From assembly GCA_944381935.1 (NCBI GenBank), contig CALWMN010000011.1, positions 14,030 to 78,029 on the forward strand: a stretch of DNA of 64,000 nt. The letters run 5' to 3'. This document shows positions 1 through 8,670 of the stretch, in pieces. Under the pieces are notes generated by a model. The model was not told the DNA's origin, did no database searches, and saw only the letters and a list, made by a program, of their open reading frames with translations. This stretch comes from an uncultured Mediterraneibacter sp. GTDB lineage: Bacteria > Bacillota > Clostridia > Lachnospirales > Lachnospiraceae. The translations under genes were made by a program, and so were the position numbers. Position 1 is the stretch's first letter, and every line of letters begins with the position of its first letter.

Positions 1-13
1 TTTTAAGTTCTTT

Positions 14-32
14 TTGTAAATTGAATTGACAA
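14..32. promoter_or_regulatory. Candidate repressor operator TTGTAAA-ttgaa-TTGACAA overlapping the -35 of the GRE1 operon promoter
   Basis: Near-palindrome TTGTnAA-N5-TTnACAA; identical half-sites recur at 14747-14765 on the minus strand. Confidence 0.6.
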
Positions 33-54
33 AATATTTGTGTTCTGTTATATT
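26..54 (+). promoter_or_regulatory. Sigma70-type promoter for the activase-GRE1-kinase operon
   Basis: TTGACA(26-31)-17 bp-TATATT(49-54); AAGGAGG SD upstream of ATG 84. Confidence 0.75.
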
Positions 55-83
55 TTATTTAGAAGAAGACTAAGGAGGTAAGA

Positions 84-812
84 ATGGAGATCCGTATCTT
101 TCAAAAAGGATTCAATTTTTCACAGGACGGACCGGGCAACCGTCTGGTTTACCATCTGCAGGGGTGCAACATGCACTGTCCGTGGTGTTCCAATCCGGAA
201 GGACTGGCCATGCACGGCGGGACATCGTATTCGACAGAGGAACTGATGGATGAGATCCTCCGCAGCAGCCTGATGTTTTTTGACGGGGGCGGGATCACCC
301 TGACCGGCGGTGAAGTTACAATGCAGTTTGACGCCGCAGGAGAATTACTGAAGGCAGCGCACTCCTGTGCGATCCATACGTGTATTGAGACGAACGGGAC
401 ACATCCCCGTCTTCCCGAACTGTTTCCTTATATTGACCATCTCATTATGGACGTCAAACATTACGATCCCGAAAAACACAGGGAAACTACAGGCGTTTCC
501 TGCGAAAATACCTTTCGCAATATAGAGAAGGCGGCTAAAGCCGGCAAAACCCTCGCCCTGCGCATCCCGCTGATCGGCGGATTTAACGCTTCTACAGAAG
601 ATGCCAGGCATTTTTCGGACTTATTCCAAAGGATGCATCTGAAAGGATATGCGACGCTTGAGCTGCTCTGTTACCACGAATACGGGAAATCCAAATATGA
701 AAGCCTGAACCTTCCTTACCTGATGGATGATACCGCCTTTATTTCGGATGAGACCCTTCATGCCTTCCGGGATATCCTGGCAGATTCCGGCATGACGCTT
801 GTCAGTACATGA
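84..812 (+). CDS. Glycyl-radical enzyme activating enzyme (radical SAM), no ferredoxin insert
   Basis: DGPGNR motif, CxxxCxxC (CNMHCPWC), GGGITLTGGE, HTCIETNG, MDVKH, LRIPLIGGFN; directly upstream of a GRE. Confidence 0.93.
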   Translation: MEIRIFQKGFNFSQDGPGNRLVYHLQGCNMHCPWCSNPEGLAMHGGTSYSTEELMDEILRSSLMFFDGGGITLTGGEVTMQFDAAGELLKAAHSCAIHTCIETNGTHPRLPELFPYIDHLIMDVKHYDPEKHRETTGVSCENTFRNIEKAAKAGKTLALRIPLIGGFNASTEDARHFSDLFQRMHLKGYATLELLCYHEYGKSKYESLNLPYLMDDTAFISDETLHAFRDILADSGMTLVST

Positions 813-869
813 CAGGATTCTTCCGGCGGACAGAATCTCACAATTATAAAAAAGAAAGGAACATGACCT

Positions 870-3251
870 ATGTACAAACTTCCCACTCTGACCTGTGACC
901 TTATCACAGACAAAGCAAAAGCGCTCTACAAAGAAGAACGCACTGACCACAAGATCCTCAACGGCTGGTTTTTATCCCGCGAGATCGCCGCTTCGGCAGA
1001 CAGCGAAATGACAGAGACATTTCCTGAGCTGCGCGCCTCACTGGAGCTGAAGAAAATCGTAGAAGAGCTCCCCATCTCGATCAGCGGCAATGCCCTCCTT
1101 GCCGGAACCCAGCGGGATGCATTTGCGGCAAGCTATGCCCTGATCAACCCTGCCTTTGAAGTTGAGAGCTTCCGTGGTTACTGCGATCCCCTCGAGGTAT
1201 ATGACTACGCGACTCCCACCGGGGAGATAACCGCCGCACGGATCGCATCCATGAAAGAATATATGGCGCAGACCGACTGTGTAAAGGCGCTGGCAAAGGT
1301 GTATGAGGATAACAAAGAATATACCGACGAAGTCGCCTTTTTCGTTGAACAGGTGACCGGGCATATGATCCCGGATTTCCGTCCGGCGCTTCGCAATGGC
1401 GTGAAAGCGCTGGCAGAAGAGATTGAGAAGAAATTATCCGATGATTCTTGGAACCTGTCCGAAACTCAGCGGAAGAACCTGGCTGCCATGAAGCAGAGCC
1501 TGGAATGTGCAGTCCTTCTCGCACACCGGTATGCAGACCTGGCGGCAGAGCAGGCGCTGTCCGCCCCGCCGGAACGTGCAGAGGAACTCCGCGCAATGGA
1601 GGCGAACCTGCGCCGCGTTCCCGAATACGGGGCGCGCTCCCTCTGGGAAGCCCTGCAGTCTTATGTTATACTGTGGGAGGTGATGTGCCTGGAACAGGCA
1701 CCGAACCCGTTTGCCTTTTCTGTAGGGAACGCTGACAGGATCTTCGAGCCTTACAGGGCGATGGATGGCCTGCCACGGGAGGATGCCGCCGCTTTGTTCA
1801 AGCATTTCCTCGTGTTCTACAATGTCGGGGAGCGCTCCTGGGCGATCTCCCAGAACATCCTGCTCGGCGGACGTGACCTTCAGGGAAATGACCTTACAAA
1901 TCCGATGACTTACGCCATCCTTGACGCCTACTATGACATGAACCTTCCCCAGCCCATTCTGTCCGTAAAGCTGCACCGGAACACACCCGAGGCCTTTTAT
2001 GAGGAAATGGGGCGGTTTCTGTTTACGCCCGGCTGCCTTACCCCTTCCTTTTTTAACGACGACAGCCTGTTTGAGACACTCAGAGAACACGGCATCGAGG
2101 AGGCGGACCTGCCCGACTATTCTGTGGCAGGCTGCCAGGAGCCTCTGATCATGGGGAAAGATAACGGAAATACGACGAATAGCTGGCTGAACCTGGGAAA
2201 GATCCTGGAACTGACCGTCTCGGGCGGCAGGTCCGCCCTGACCGGAAAACCGATTGGACCGCAGGCCTCCTTTGAGGCGGAGGATCTGCTTGGTCATATA
2301 CAGGAGCTTTTCTATAAAAATGTAGAATTTTTCGCCAAAAAAATGTGCATCGCGGCAAACCGCGCCACGGAAGCCTTATCCCTTATGCCCGTCCCGTTTT
2401 TGAGCTGTTTTATGGGCGGACCGGAGACCGGATACGACACCCGGGACGTCAGGCGCAAAGGAACGAAATACAGCGGAAGCGGATGCCTCATCCACGGATT
2501 ATCCGTGGTTGCCGATTCTTTCGCCGCGGTCTCTCATCTGCTCAAGGACCGCCCGGAAGATGCGCAGAGGCTGATTGACGCCTGCGCCTCCGACTTTGAA
2601 GGGGAAGAAGAGCTTCTGGCATATGTGAAGTCCTGCCCGAAATACGGCAACAACTGCCCTGAGGTGGATCTTCTTGCGGCAGAGATCGTCGACCGGGTAT
2701 CTGAGATCGTACGCAGCCAGAAAAACATGCTGGGGGAAGATTTCCGCCCGGACTGGAGCACGCCCTCCACCCATCTCCTGTACGGCTACTGGGTCGGGGC
2801 AACCCCTGACGGGAGAAGAAGCCGGGAAATGCTCAACTATGGCGTCGACCCGCTGTTTGGGACAGCCGGGAACGGGCTGGGGTTCCGCACGGTCTCTACC
2901 CTCCAGCTTCCATACGGGCAGATGAACGGAGGCTGTGCCTCCCATTTTGGGATTGACCCGAAATATTTTACCGCAGAGGATTACCCGGGAAAAGGCGTTC
3001 AATTTTATAAACGGGTATTAAAACCTCTCTTCTTCAATCCCAAAAACAGCCGGCGCTCCCCCTTCTACCTGTACGTCAATGTGACGACGGCAGATACCCT
3101 GCGCGCTTTGCTGAAAGACCCGAAAAAATATGCCCCCAACGGGGTTTATATCATGCGTATCCACGGGACCTTCGTCAACTTCCTTGACCTCTCTCCCGCG
3201 ATCCAGCAGGATATCATCAAACGGCTCGACCCCGGCTCCACTTCCTGCTGA
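870..3251 (+). CDS. Glycyl radical enzyme (PFL-like fold, not PFL), 793 aa, substrate unknown
   Basis: Cys loop DYSVAGCQEP (Cys422), KYGNN, TPDGR, C-terminal Gly loop MRIHGTFVNF (Gly766) followed by LSPAIQQDIIKR; single Cys rather than the PFL Cys-Cys pair. Confidence 0.88.
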   Translation: MYKLPTLTCDLITDKAKALYKEERTDHKILNGWFLSREIAASADSEMTETFPELRASLELKKIVEELPISISGNALLAGTQRDAFAASYALINPAFEVESFRGYCDPLEVYDYATPTGEITAARIASMKEYMAQTDCVKALAKVYEDNKEYTDEVAFFVEQVTGHMIPDFRPALRNGVKALAEEIEKKLSDDSWNLSETQRKNLAAMKQSLECAVLLAHRYADLAAEQALSAPPERAEELRAMEANLRRVPEYGARSLWEALQSYVILWEVMCLEQAPNPFAFSVGNADRIFEPYRAMDGLPREDAAALFKHFLVFYNVGERSWAISQNILLGGRDLQGNDLTNPMTYAILDAYYDMNLPQPILSVKLHRNTPEAFYEEMGRFLFTPGCLTPSFFNDDSLFETLREHGIEEADLPDYSVAGCQEPLIMGKDNGNTTNSWLNLGKILELTVSGGRSALTGKPIGPQASFEAEDLLGHIQELFYKNVEFFAKKMCIAANRATEALSLMPVPFLSCFMGGPETGYDTRDVRRKGTKYSGSGCLIHGLSVVADSFAAVSHLLKDRPEDAQRLIDACASDFEGEEELLAYVKSCPKYGNNCPEVDLLAAEIVDRVSEIVRSQKNMLGEDFRPDWSTPSTHLLYGYWVGATPDGRRSREMLNYGVDPLFGTAGNGLGFRTVSTLQLPYGQMNGGCASHFGIDPKYFTAEDYPGKGVQFYKRVLKPLFFNPKNSRRSPFYLYVNVTTADTLRALLKDPKKYAPNGVYIMRIHGTFVNFLDLSPAIQQDIIKRLDPGSTSC

Positions 3252-3316
3252 GCCGCCGTCCGCCTCCCGCGGGGAACACTGCCAGAGTTCTGCCGCACAC
3301 CCAAATGCTGAAAACG

Positions 3317-3350
3317 GAAAAGCGAAGCCCATGCCCGGGCTCCGCTTTTC
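3317..3350 (+). terminator. Stem-loop between GRE1 and the kinase (attenuating terminator or mRNA stabiliser)
   Basis: GAAAAGCGAAGCCC / GGGCTCCGCTTTTC arms, 14 bp with one mismatch. Confidence 0.55.
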
Positions 3351-3407
3351 GGATATTATAATAGAAATGGACAGGAACGTTTCCGTGTCCATAGATTGGA
3401 GCAGATT

Positions 3408-4715
3408 ATGAAAACACTTGGCATTGATATCGGCACTACAACGATCAGCGCTGTTGTCCTGGAAGCAGGCAGAGTGGTTTCTTCCCTCACAGTGGCAAAC
3501 GATTCATTTATCGAGACCGGGCACACCTGGGAAAAGATCCAGGATCCGGGGAGGATTCTGGATGCTGCGCTTTCTCTCGTCAGTGAATTGACCGGGGAAC
3601 ACCCGGACACCGAACGGATCGGCGTCACGGGACAGCAGCACGGGATTCTCTATCTGGACAGGAGCGGGGAACCCGTCAGCCCCCTTTATACCTGGCAGGA
3701 CGGCCGCGGCAGCCTGCCATACAAAGGAGAGAAAAGCTACGCCTCATATCTGTCAGAGGCATCCGGCGAGCGCCTCTCCACCGGATTTGGGCTGGTCACG
3801 CATTTCTATAACAGGAAAAACGGACTCGTCCCTGAAACGGCGGTTGTCTTTTGTACGGTCGCGGACTATACTGCCATGAAGCTGTCCGGTTTGAAGACGC
3901 CGGCTGTACATCCCAGCAATGCGGCAAGCTTCGGGCTGTTCGACCTGAAGCTTCAGGATTTCCGCAGGGATATCCTCACAGAAACAGGGATAGATCCCTC
4001 CATCCTCCCTCCAGCCGCTGTATCAGCGTGCATCGGCATGTACCGGGATACCATACCGGTTTATACCGCCATAGGGGATAACCAGGCAAGCTTCCTGGGC
4101 TCCACACAGGGAGCAGAGAACTGTATGCTGGTCAATATCGGAACGGGGGCACAGGTTTCCGTCTACTCCAGAAATTACATCCGGTGCGAATCCCTGGAAA
4201 CACGACCGTTCCTGGATCACGATTATCTGCTCGCCGGCTCGTCCCTCTGCGGTGGAAAAGCGTACGCGCTGCTGGAGACATTTTTCCGAAAAACTGCCGA
4301 GATGGCCCTGGGACATCCTGTCAGGGACTGCTATGCTGCCATGTCCCATATGCTGGATCTGTACCCGGAGCCTGACAATCTACCCGTGATGGAACCCTTC
4401 TTCCAGGGCACGCGCATCGAACCGGACCGCCGGGCATGCATAACCGGGCTGAGTCCTGAGAACTTCCTGCCCCTTCCCCTTATCTATGCCACGATGCACG
4501 GCATGGTAGAAGAACTCTATTCAATGTATGAAAGCTATATCAAAGCCGGGAACCCGGCACCATCTGTCCTGTACGGTTCCGGCAATGGGCTGAGGCTGAA
4601 TCCTCACCTGTGCAAAATTGCGGAAAGCCGTTTCCGTCTGCCTCTGACTCTCTCTGCCAACAAAGAGGAGGCTGCCTGCGGGGCAGCGCTCTTCGCCGAG
4701 AAAGCTGCACCATAA
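3408..4715 (+). CDS. FGGY-family carbohydrate kinase, sedoheptulokinase-like
   Basis: LGIDIGTT, GVTGQQHG, PLYTWQDGRG, STGFG, AIGDNQASFLG, VNIGTGAQVS; ORF track starts at TTG 3396, but ATG 3408 follows GGAG. Confidence 0.8.
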   Translation: MKTLGIDIGTTTISAVVLEAGRVVSSLTVANDSFIETGHTWEKIQDPGRILDAALSLVSELTGEHPDTERIGVTGQQHGILYLDRSGEPVSPLYTWQDGRGSLPYKGEKSYASYLSEASGERLSTGFGLVTHFYNRKNGLVPETAVVFCTVADYTAMKLSGLKTPAVHPSNAASFGLFDLKLQDFRRDILTETGIDPSILPPAAVSACIGMYRDTIPVYTAIGDNQASFLGSTQGAENCMLVNIGTGAQVSVYSRNYIRCESLETRPFLDHDYLLAGSSLCGGKAYALLETFFRKTAEMALGHPVRDCYAAMSHMLDLYPEPDNLPVMEPFFQGTRIEPDRRACITGLSPENFLPLPLIYATMHGMVEELYSMYESYIKAGNPAPSVLYGSGNGLRLNPHLCKIAESRFRLPLTLSANKEEAACGAALFAEKAAP

Positions 4716-4750
4716 CAAAAAGTCCGGGATCCATTTTCCCGGACTTTTTG
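4716..4750. terminator. Bidirectional intrinsic terminator between the two converging GRE operons
   Basis: Perfect 14-bp inverted repeat CAAAAAGTCCGGGA / TCCCGGACTTTTTG, 7-nt loop, A/T tracts on both sides. Confidence 0.9.
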
Positions 4751-4782
4751 CCATATTTTTTCTTTTCTTCTTTCGTGCAGCG

Positions 4783-5712
4783 TCAGATATCATGATATTT
4801 CCGTGACACATGTTCCGGTCTTGCGACCCGGAGGATGTCGTACCACTGCTCTCTTGTCATGCTGTACTTCAGGGCATTTACCGCGTACAGGACTCTCTCC
4901 TTTTTCCCGCTCCCGGTCACAGGGATCACAGTTACAGGGAGGCGGTACAGCCACGCGTACATAACTTCATCAATATTCCCGGCGCCGATCTCCTCCTGGA
5001 TCTCCTTTAAGACTCCGATTGTCTCCAAGTCATCCCGGCTTACATCTGCCCGGTGAAGCGCTCCCCCGCCCACGGGCGAATATGCCATAAGCGGTATTTT
5101 TCTCCTCAGGGCGTCCTCCTGGGTCCCGTCAGCGAGAAAATCCATGCATTTTACACTCATCTGCACCTGGTTGACCAGGAGAGGAATCCCTGTATATGCC
5201 TCCAGTGCTGCCATCTGTTCCGGCAGGAAATTGGATACCCCAAACTTCCTGACCTTTCCGTCCCTGTAAAGCTTATCCATCGCTTCTGCCACCTCGGCGG
5301 GATCCATCAGCGGACACGGCCTGTGGATCAGATACAGATCCACGTGGTCTGTTTTCAGCCGCTTCAGGGATGCCTCGCAGGCAGAGACCAGATGCTCCTT
5401 TGACAGATTATAGGATTCGCTTACAAAGTAAGGCCGTCTGAGCGTATCGTATACGATACCGCCTTTCGTGACAATCTCAATCTTATTCCTTAAGGATGGT
5501 TCCTGTTCAAGTATTTCACCAAACAGCGCCTCGCATCCTCCCTTGCCGTAAATATCTGCGAAATCATAGGTGGTCAGCCCCAGCCCCAGGTACTCGTGGA
5601 GGCGCCCAGAAAGCTCTTTTGGATCCAGCCCCCACTCAAGAAGATTCATCATCCCGATTGTTACCGGCGCCAGGCTTAACTCCTGGTCTAATCTGATTTT
5701 TTCCATTTCCAT
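4783..5712 (-). CDS. Aldo/keto reductase (YdhF/YcsN-like)
   Basis: DFADIYG, IVTKGG, DLYLIHRP, GVSNF, VNQVQMS, MAYSPVGGG; AKR Asp/Tyr/Lys/His tetrad present. Confidence 0.9.
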   Translation of the reverse strand: MEMEKIRLDQELSLAPVTIGMMNLLEWGLDPKELSGRLHEYLGLGLTTYDFADIYGKGGCEALFGEILEQEPSLRNKIEIVTKGGIVYDTLRRPYFVSESYNLSKEHLVSACEASLKRLKTDHVDLYLIHRPCPLMDPAEVAEAMDKLYRDGKVRKFGVSNFLPEQMAALEAYTGIPLLVNQVQMSVKCMDFLADGTQEDALRRKIPLMAYSPVGGGALHRADVSRDDLETIGVLKEIQEEIGAGNIDEVMYAWLYRLPVTVIPVTGSGKKERVLYAVNALKYSMTREQWYDILRVARPEHVSRKYHDI

Positions 5713-5765
5713 TTCTCCTTATCTGCTTATCATTGAAGATCAGCCATATTTTTTCCCGGCTTTCC

Positions 5766-6611
5766 CTAAAGGATTTTGTACTTTACGCCCGCCTTCTCAA
5801 ATGCATCCGCCGGGATTGGCGGGATGTAGTTATCCCCGTCCACATCCCGGAGCGGGTACTCCATCCCTGCCATGACATACTTCGCCCCGGCAAAGGGATT
5901 GTACAAAAGAAACTCCACACGCTCCAGAGCCCCGGCTCCCGACAGCCTCTTAGCAAGCGCCCTTAAATTCTCCTCCCCGTCGTTTAGTCCCGGGATCAGG
6001 GGCATACGGATGAGGAAGGGTTTTTCCTGCGACAACAGGAACGACAGGTTCCTCTGGATCTGTTCATTCCCTTTCCCGGTCAGCTTTTTATGTATCCCGC
6101 TGTCCATGTGCTTGATGTCCAGATAGACCATCGAAGCCTTCTCTGTGACTTTACGGAAAATCTCTTCCTCCGTATAGCCGCAGGTCTCCACAATAGTATG
6201 CACTCCTGCAAGACCGTCCAGCAGCCCAAAGAGGAAGTCCGGCTGCATTGTCGGCTCCCCTCCGGATACCGTGACCCCGCCGCCCTCAAAGAACCGGACC
6301 TGTCCGGTCAGCTCCTGTGCCAGTTCCTCTGCGTCCATGCGCCTCCCTGCCACTTTGATGAGTCCCTGGGGGCATGCCCGGATGCACCGGCCAAAGGGCC
6401 GGCACTCCGGGTGGCTGCACGGCTGTCTGCATCTCCCACAGTGCGTGCAGCCATTTTCCGAAACCATAAGCTGGGGACGCACATCCATCCCCTCCGGGTT
6501 GTGGCACCACAGGCACCTTAACGGGCACCCCTTTAAGAATACCGTCGTGCGTATCCCGGGACCGTCATGTACGGCAAACTCCTTGATATCAAAAACAATC
6601 CCTGTCGCCAT
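5766..6611 (-). CDS. Glycyl-radical enzyme activating enzyme with ferredoxin-like insert
   Basis: HDGPGIRTTVFLKGCPLRCLWCHNPE, insert CTHCGRC...C and CRPFGRCIRACP, GGGVTVSGGEP; immediately downstream of GRE2. Confidence 0.95.
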   Translation of the reverse strand: MATGIVFDIKEFAVHDGPGIRTTVFLKGCPLRCLWCHNPEGMDVRPQLMVSENGCTHCGRCRQPCSHPECRPFGRCIRACPQGLIKVAGRRMDAEELAQELTGQVRFFEGGGVTVSGGEPTMQPDFLFGLLDGLAGVHTIVETCGYTEEEIFRKVTEKASMVYLDIKHMDSGIHKKLTGKGNEQIQRNLSFLLSQEKPFLIRMPLIPGLNDGEENLRALAKRLSGAGALERVEFLLYNPFAGAKYVMAGMEYPLRDVDGDNYIPPIPADAFEKAGVKYKIL

Positions 6612-6624
6612 GCAGAACCCTCCC

Positions 6625-8667
6625 TCAGACTGAGAAATTCTGCCGGGAGATCACATGGTCCTGGTACTCCCGGTCCAGTTCCACAAAGTAGGCGCTCCAT
6701 CCCCAGATCCGCACGATCAGGTTCTTATATTTTTCCGGCTCCTTCTGGGCGGCAAGCAGCTTTTCCCTGTTCACGGCATTTAACTGCAACTGGTGCCCTC
6801 CGTGCCGGATGAACTGCTGTACAAGACGGGCCACTTTCCCCACTCCGTCCCCATCCCAGAACACGGTAGAATGGAACTCCATCGTCAGGGGACCTCCGTT
6901 CACCACACGTGTGAAATCCGGCTTTGTAAAGGATTCGATGACTGACAGGGGTCCTTTGCTCTTTACGAACAGTTCCGGGGCATAGTTTGCGGAAAAGGCT
7001 TCCCCTTTCCTGTGTCCGCTTAAGGTATCGTCCACCTGGTCTGCATACCAGAGATAATACATCGCCGAGCCTGTCCCTGCCCGGACGCATCCGCCCCGCC
7101 CATTCCTTAAGCCCTTTACCGCCTCCCCGAAGTCGTTCAGCAGGCGCACTGCCAGTTCATTCGTGATGGCATTGTTGTCCCCGAATTTCGGCTCCCGGTA
7201 GCGCAGGAATGTCAGGAGGTCTTCCTCTCCCTTCCCTCGTACCACATCCTCTGCCTGCCCTTTCGTGATCTCACCCGTGCCGTATACGGATGCCTGGACT
7301 ACTGCCAGGGAGTCCACCGCCGTGGAGATCCCCACCCCGTGGAAGCCATAATTATTATATCTGCCCCCCAGCGATATGTCCCGGCGCCTCTCCACGCATC
7401 CGTCCATCAGGAGGGACATGAATGGCGCGGGGATCATGTAAAGGTCATGGATGGAGGCGTTGATCCTTTCACACTCCCGCCCCAGCCGTTCCCGGAACTT
7501 CCCGTAAAAGCTCTCAAAATCCGGGGCCCCTTCCAGGTCTTCCAGGACGGCGTCATTGACCAGCCGGGGGAAGTTGACTGCCCCGATATTGGGAATATCC
7601 ATCCCCACCTTCGGCACGATAAACTCCCAGCACGCCGCCACCACATAATCCCGGGCGTCCTCCTCCGCATACCCGCATCCAACAAGTCCCTTTATGACGA
7701 CGTCATCGTTACAGTACTGGGGGAATCCCAATCCCGCCTTTGTAAGCTCCGTCCCCTTCTCATACACTTCTATGGGCGTTTCGCTCCCGGCCCTGATGTT
7801 GATCTTCGGGTCGATCACCTGAAGTTCCCGGGACGCCTCCAGGCACAGCTTAAGAAGCAGGGAATACACTTCTTTCCCGTCCGCTCCCATGCCGCCCAGC
7901 ACCATGCTCTGGCCGTTGTCCCCCTGCTGGATCCCCGGGTACAGGTCACTGTCCCGGTTAAAGGTCAGGAAAAACTCTTCTATCAGCTCCAGGGCCGACT
8001 CCTCATCCAGACGCCCTGCCTCCATGTCCGCCTTGAAATACGGGGCCATGTACTGGTCAAACCTTCCCACTGTATTGTGGTATTCCCCCTCACACCACAG
8101 CGTGAAGTGCAGGATCCGGAAAAACTGCAGTGCCTCCCGGAAAGTCCGCGCTCCCTTATGGGGCACCCTTGCCAGGGTCTCTGCTGCCGCCCTGTTGCCG
8201 GCTTTCTCCGCGGCAGCACGGTACCGACCTGCCAGGCCAAGCACCGCGTCAATGGACCGGATGACACAGCGCAGGAACACGGTCTGGGTTTTATCCGCCC
8301 CTTCCAGCATACGGGCGGCATTTTCCCGCTCCTTGTCCAGTCCGTTTTGGATGACCCTCCCGTAATCCGGCGAGATGTTGCAGACCCTTCCCTGCTCATG
8401 GATGAAATGTGTTTCTTTGATCTTTTCCCATTCTTCATCTGTATAGACGGGAGGCAGCCCGCGCACCGTACGGGTATAGACGATGGTCTCATCGGGCAGT
8501 ATGGGCGGCTCCTCCGCTTCCAGCACCTGGCAGAGCCTCTCTGTCACGCGCTCCATATCCGTAAGCCCTGCCAGCGTCTCTGCCGGCGGGAACTGCCCTT
8601 CTTTGCGGTACCCGTGGTGGTCGCCCCTGCGGGATGCCTCCAGCATCCTTCTGATCCTTTCTTTCAT
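6625..8667 (-). CDS. Glycyl radical enzyme (PFL-like fold, not PFL), compact 680 aa, substrate unknown
   Basis: GRFDQY, GFPQY, Cys loop DYVVAACWEF (Cys346), PKFGDNN, HQLQLN, Gly loop LIVRIWGWSAYF (Gly656). Confidence 0.92.
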   Translation of the reverse strand: MKERIRRMLEASRRGDHHGYRKEGQFPPAETLAGLTDMERVTERLCQVLEAEEPPILPDETIVYTRTVRGLPPVYTDEEWEKIKETHFIHEQGRVCNISPDYGRVIQNGLDKERENAARMLEGADKTQTVFLRCVIRSIDAVLGLAGRYRAAAEKAGNRAAAETLARVPHKGARTFREALQFFRILHFTLWCEGEYHNTVGRFDQYMAPYFKADMEAGRLDEESALELIEEFFLTFNRDSDLYPGIQQGDNGQSMVLGGMGADGKEVYSLLLKLCLEASRELQVIDPKINIRAGSETPIEVYEKGTELTKAGLGFPQYCNDDVVIKGLVGCGYAEEDARDYVVAACWEFIVPKVGMDIPNIGAVNFPRLVNDAVLEDLEGAPDFESFYGKFRERLGRECERINASIHDLYMIPAPFMSLLMDGCVERRRDISLGGRYNNYGFHGVGISTAVDSLAVVQASVYGTGEITKGQAEDVVRGKGEEDLLTFLRYREPKFGDNNAITNELAVRLLNDFGEAVKGLRNGRGGCVRAGTGSAMYYLWYADQVDDTLSGHRKGEAFSANYAPELFVKSKGPLSVIESFTKPDFTRVVNGGPLTMEFHSTVFWDGDGVGKVARLVQQFIRHGGHQLQLNAVNREKLLAAQKEPEKYKNLIVRIWGWSAYFVELDREYQDHVISRQNFSV

Positions 8668-8670
8668 ATG

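Noticed and set aside
1434-2297. 287-aa minus-strand ORF and other short ORFs within GRE1
   Set aside because: They lie fully antisense to or overlapping a well-supported CDS and have no recognisable domain.
870-8667. Calling either GRE pyruvate formate-lyase (pflB), glycerol dehydratase, CutC, HypD or IslA
   Set aside because: There is no Cys-Cys pair for PFL, the Cys and Gly loops do not match those enzymes as I recall them, and there are no microcompartment, proline or sulfite genes nearby. No gene symbol was assigned.
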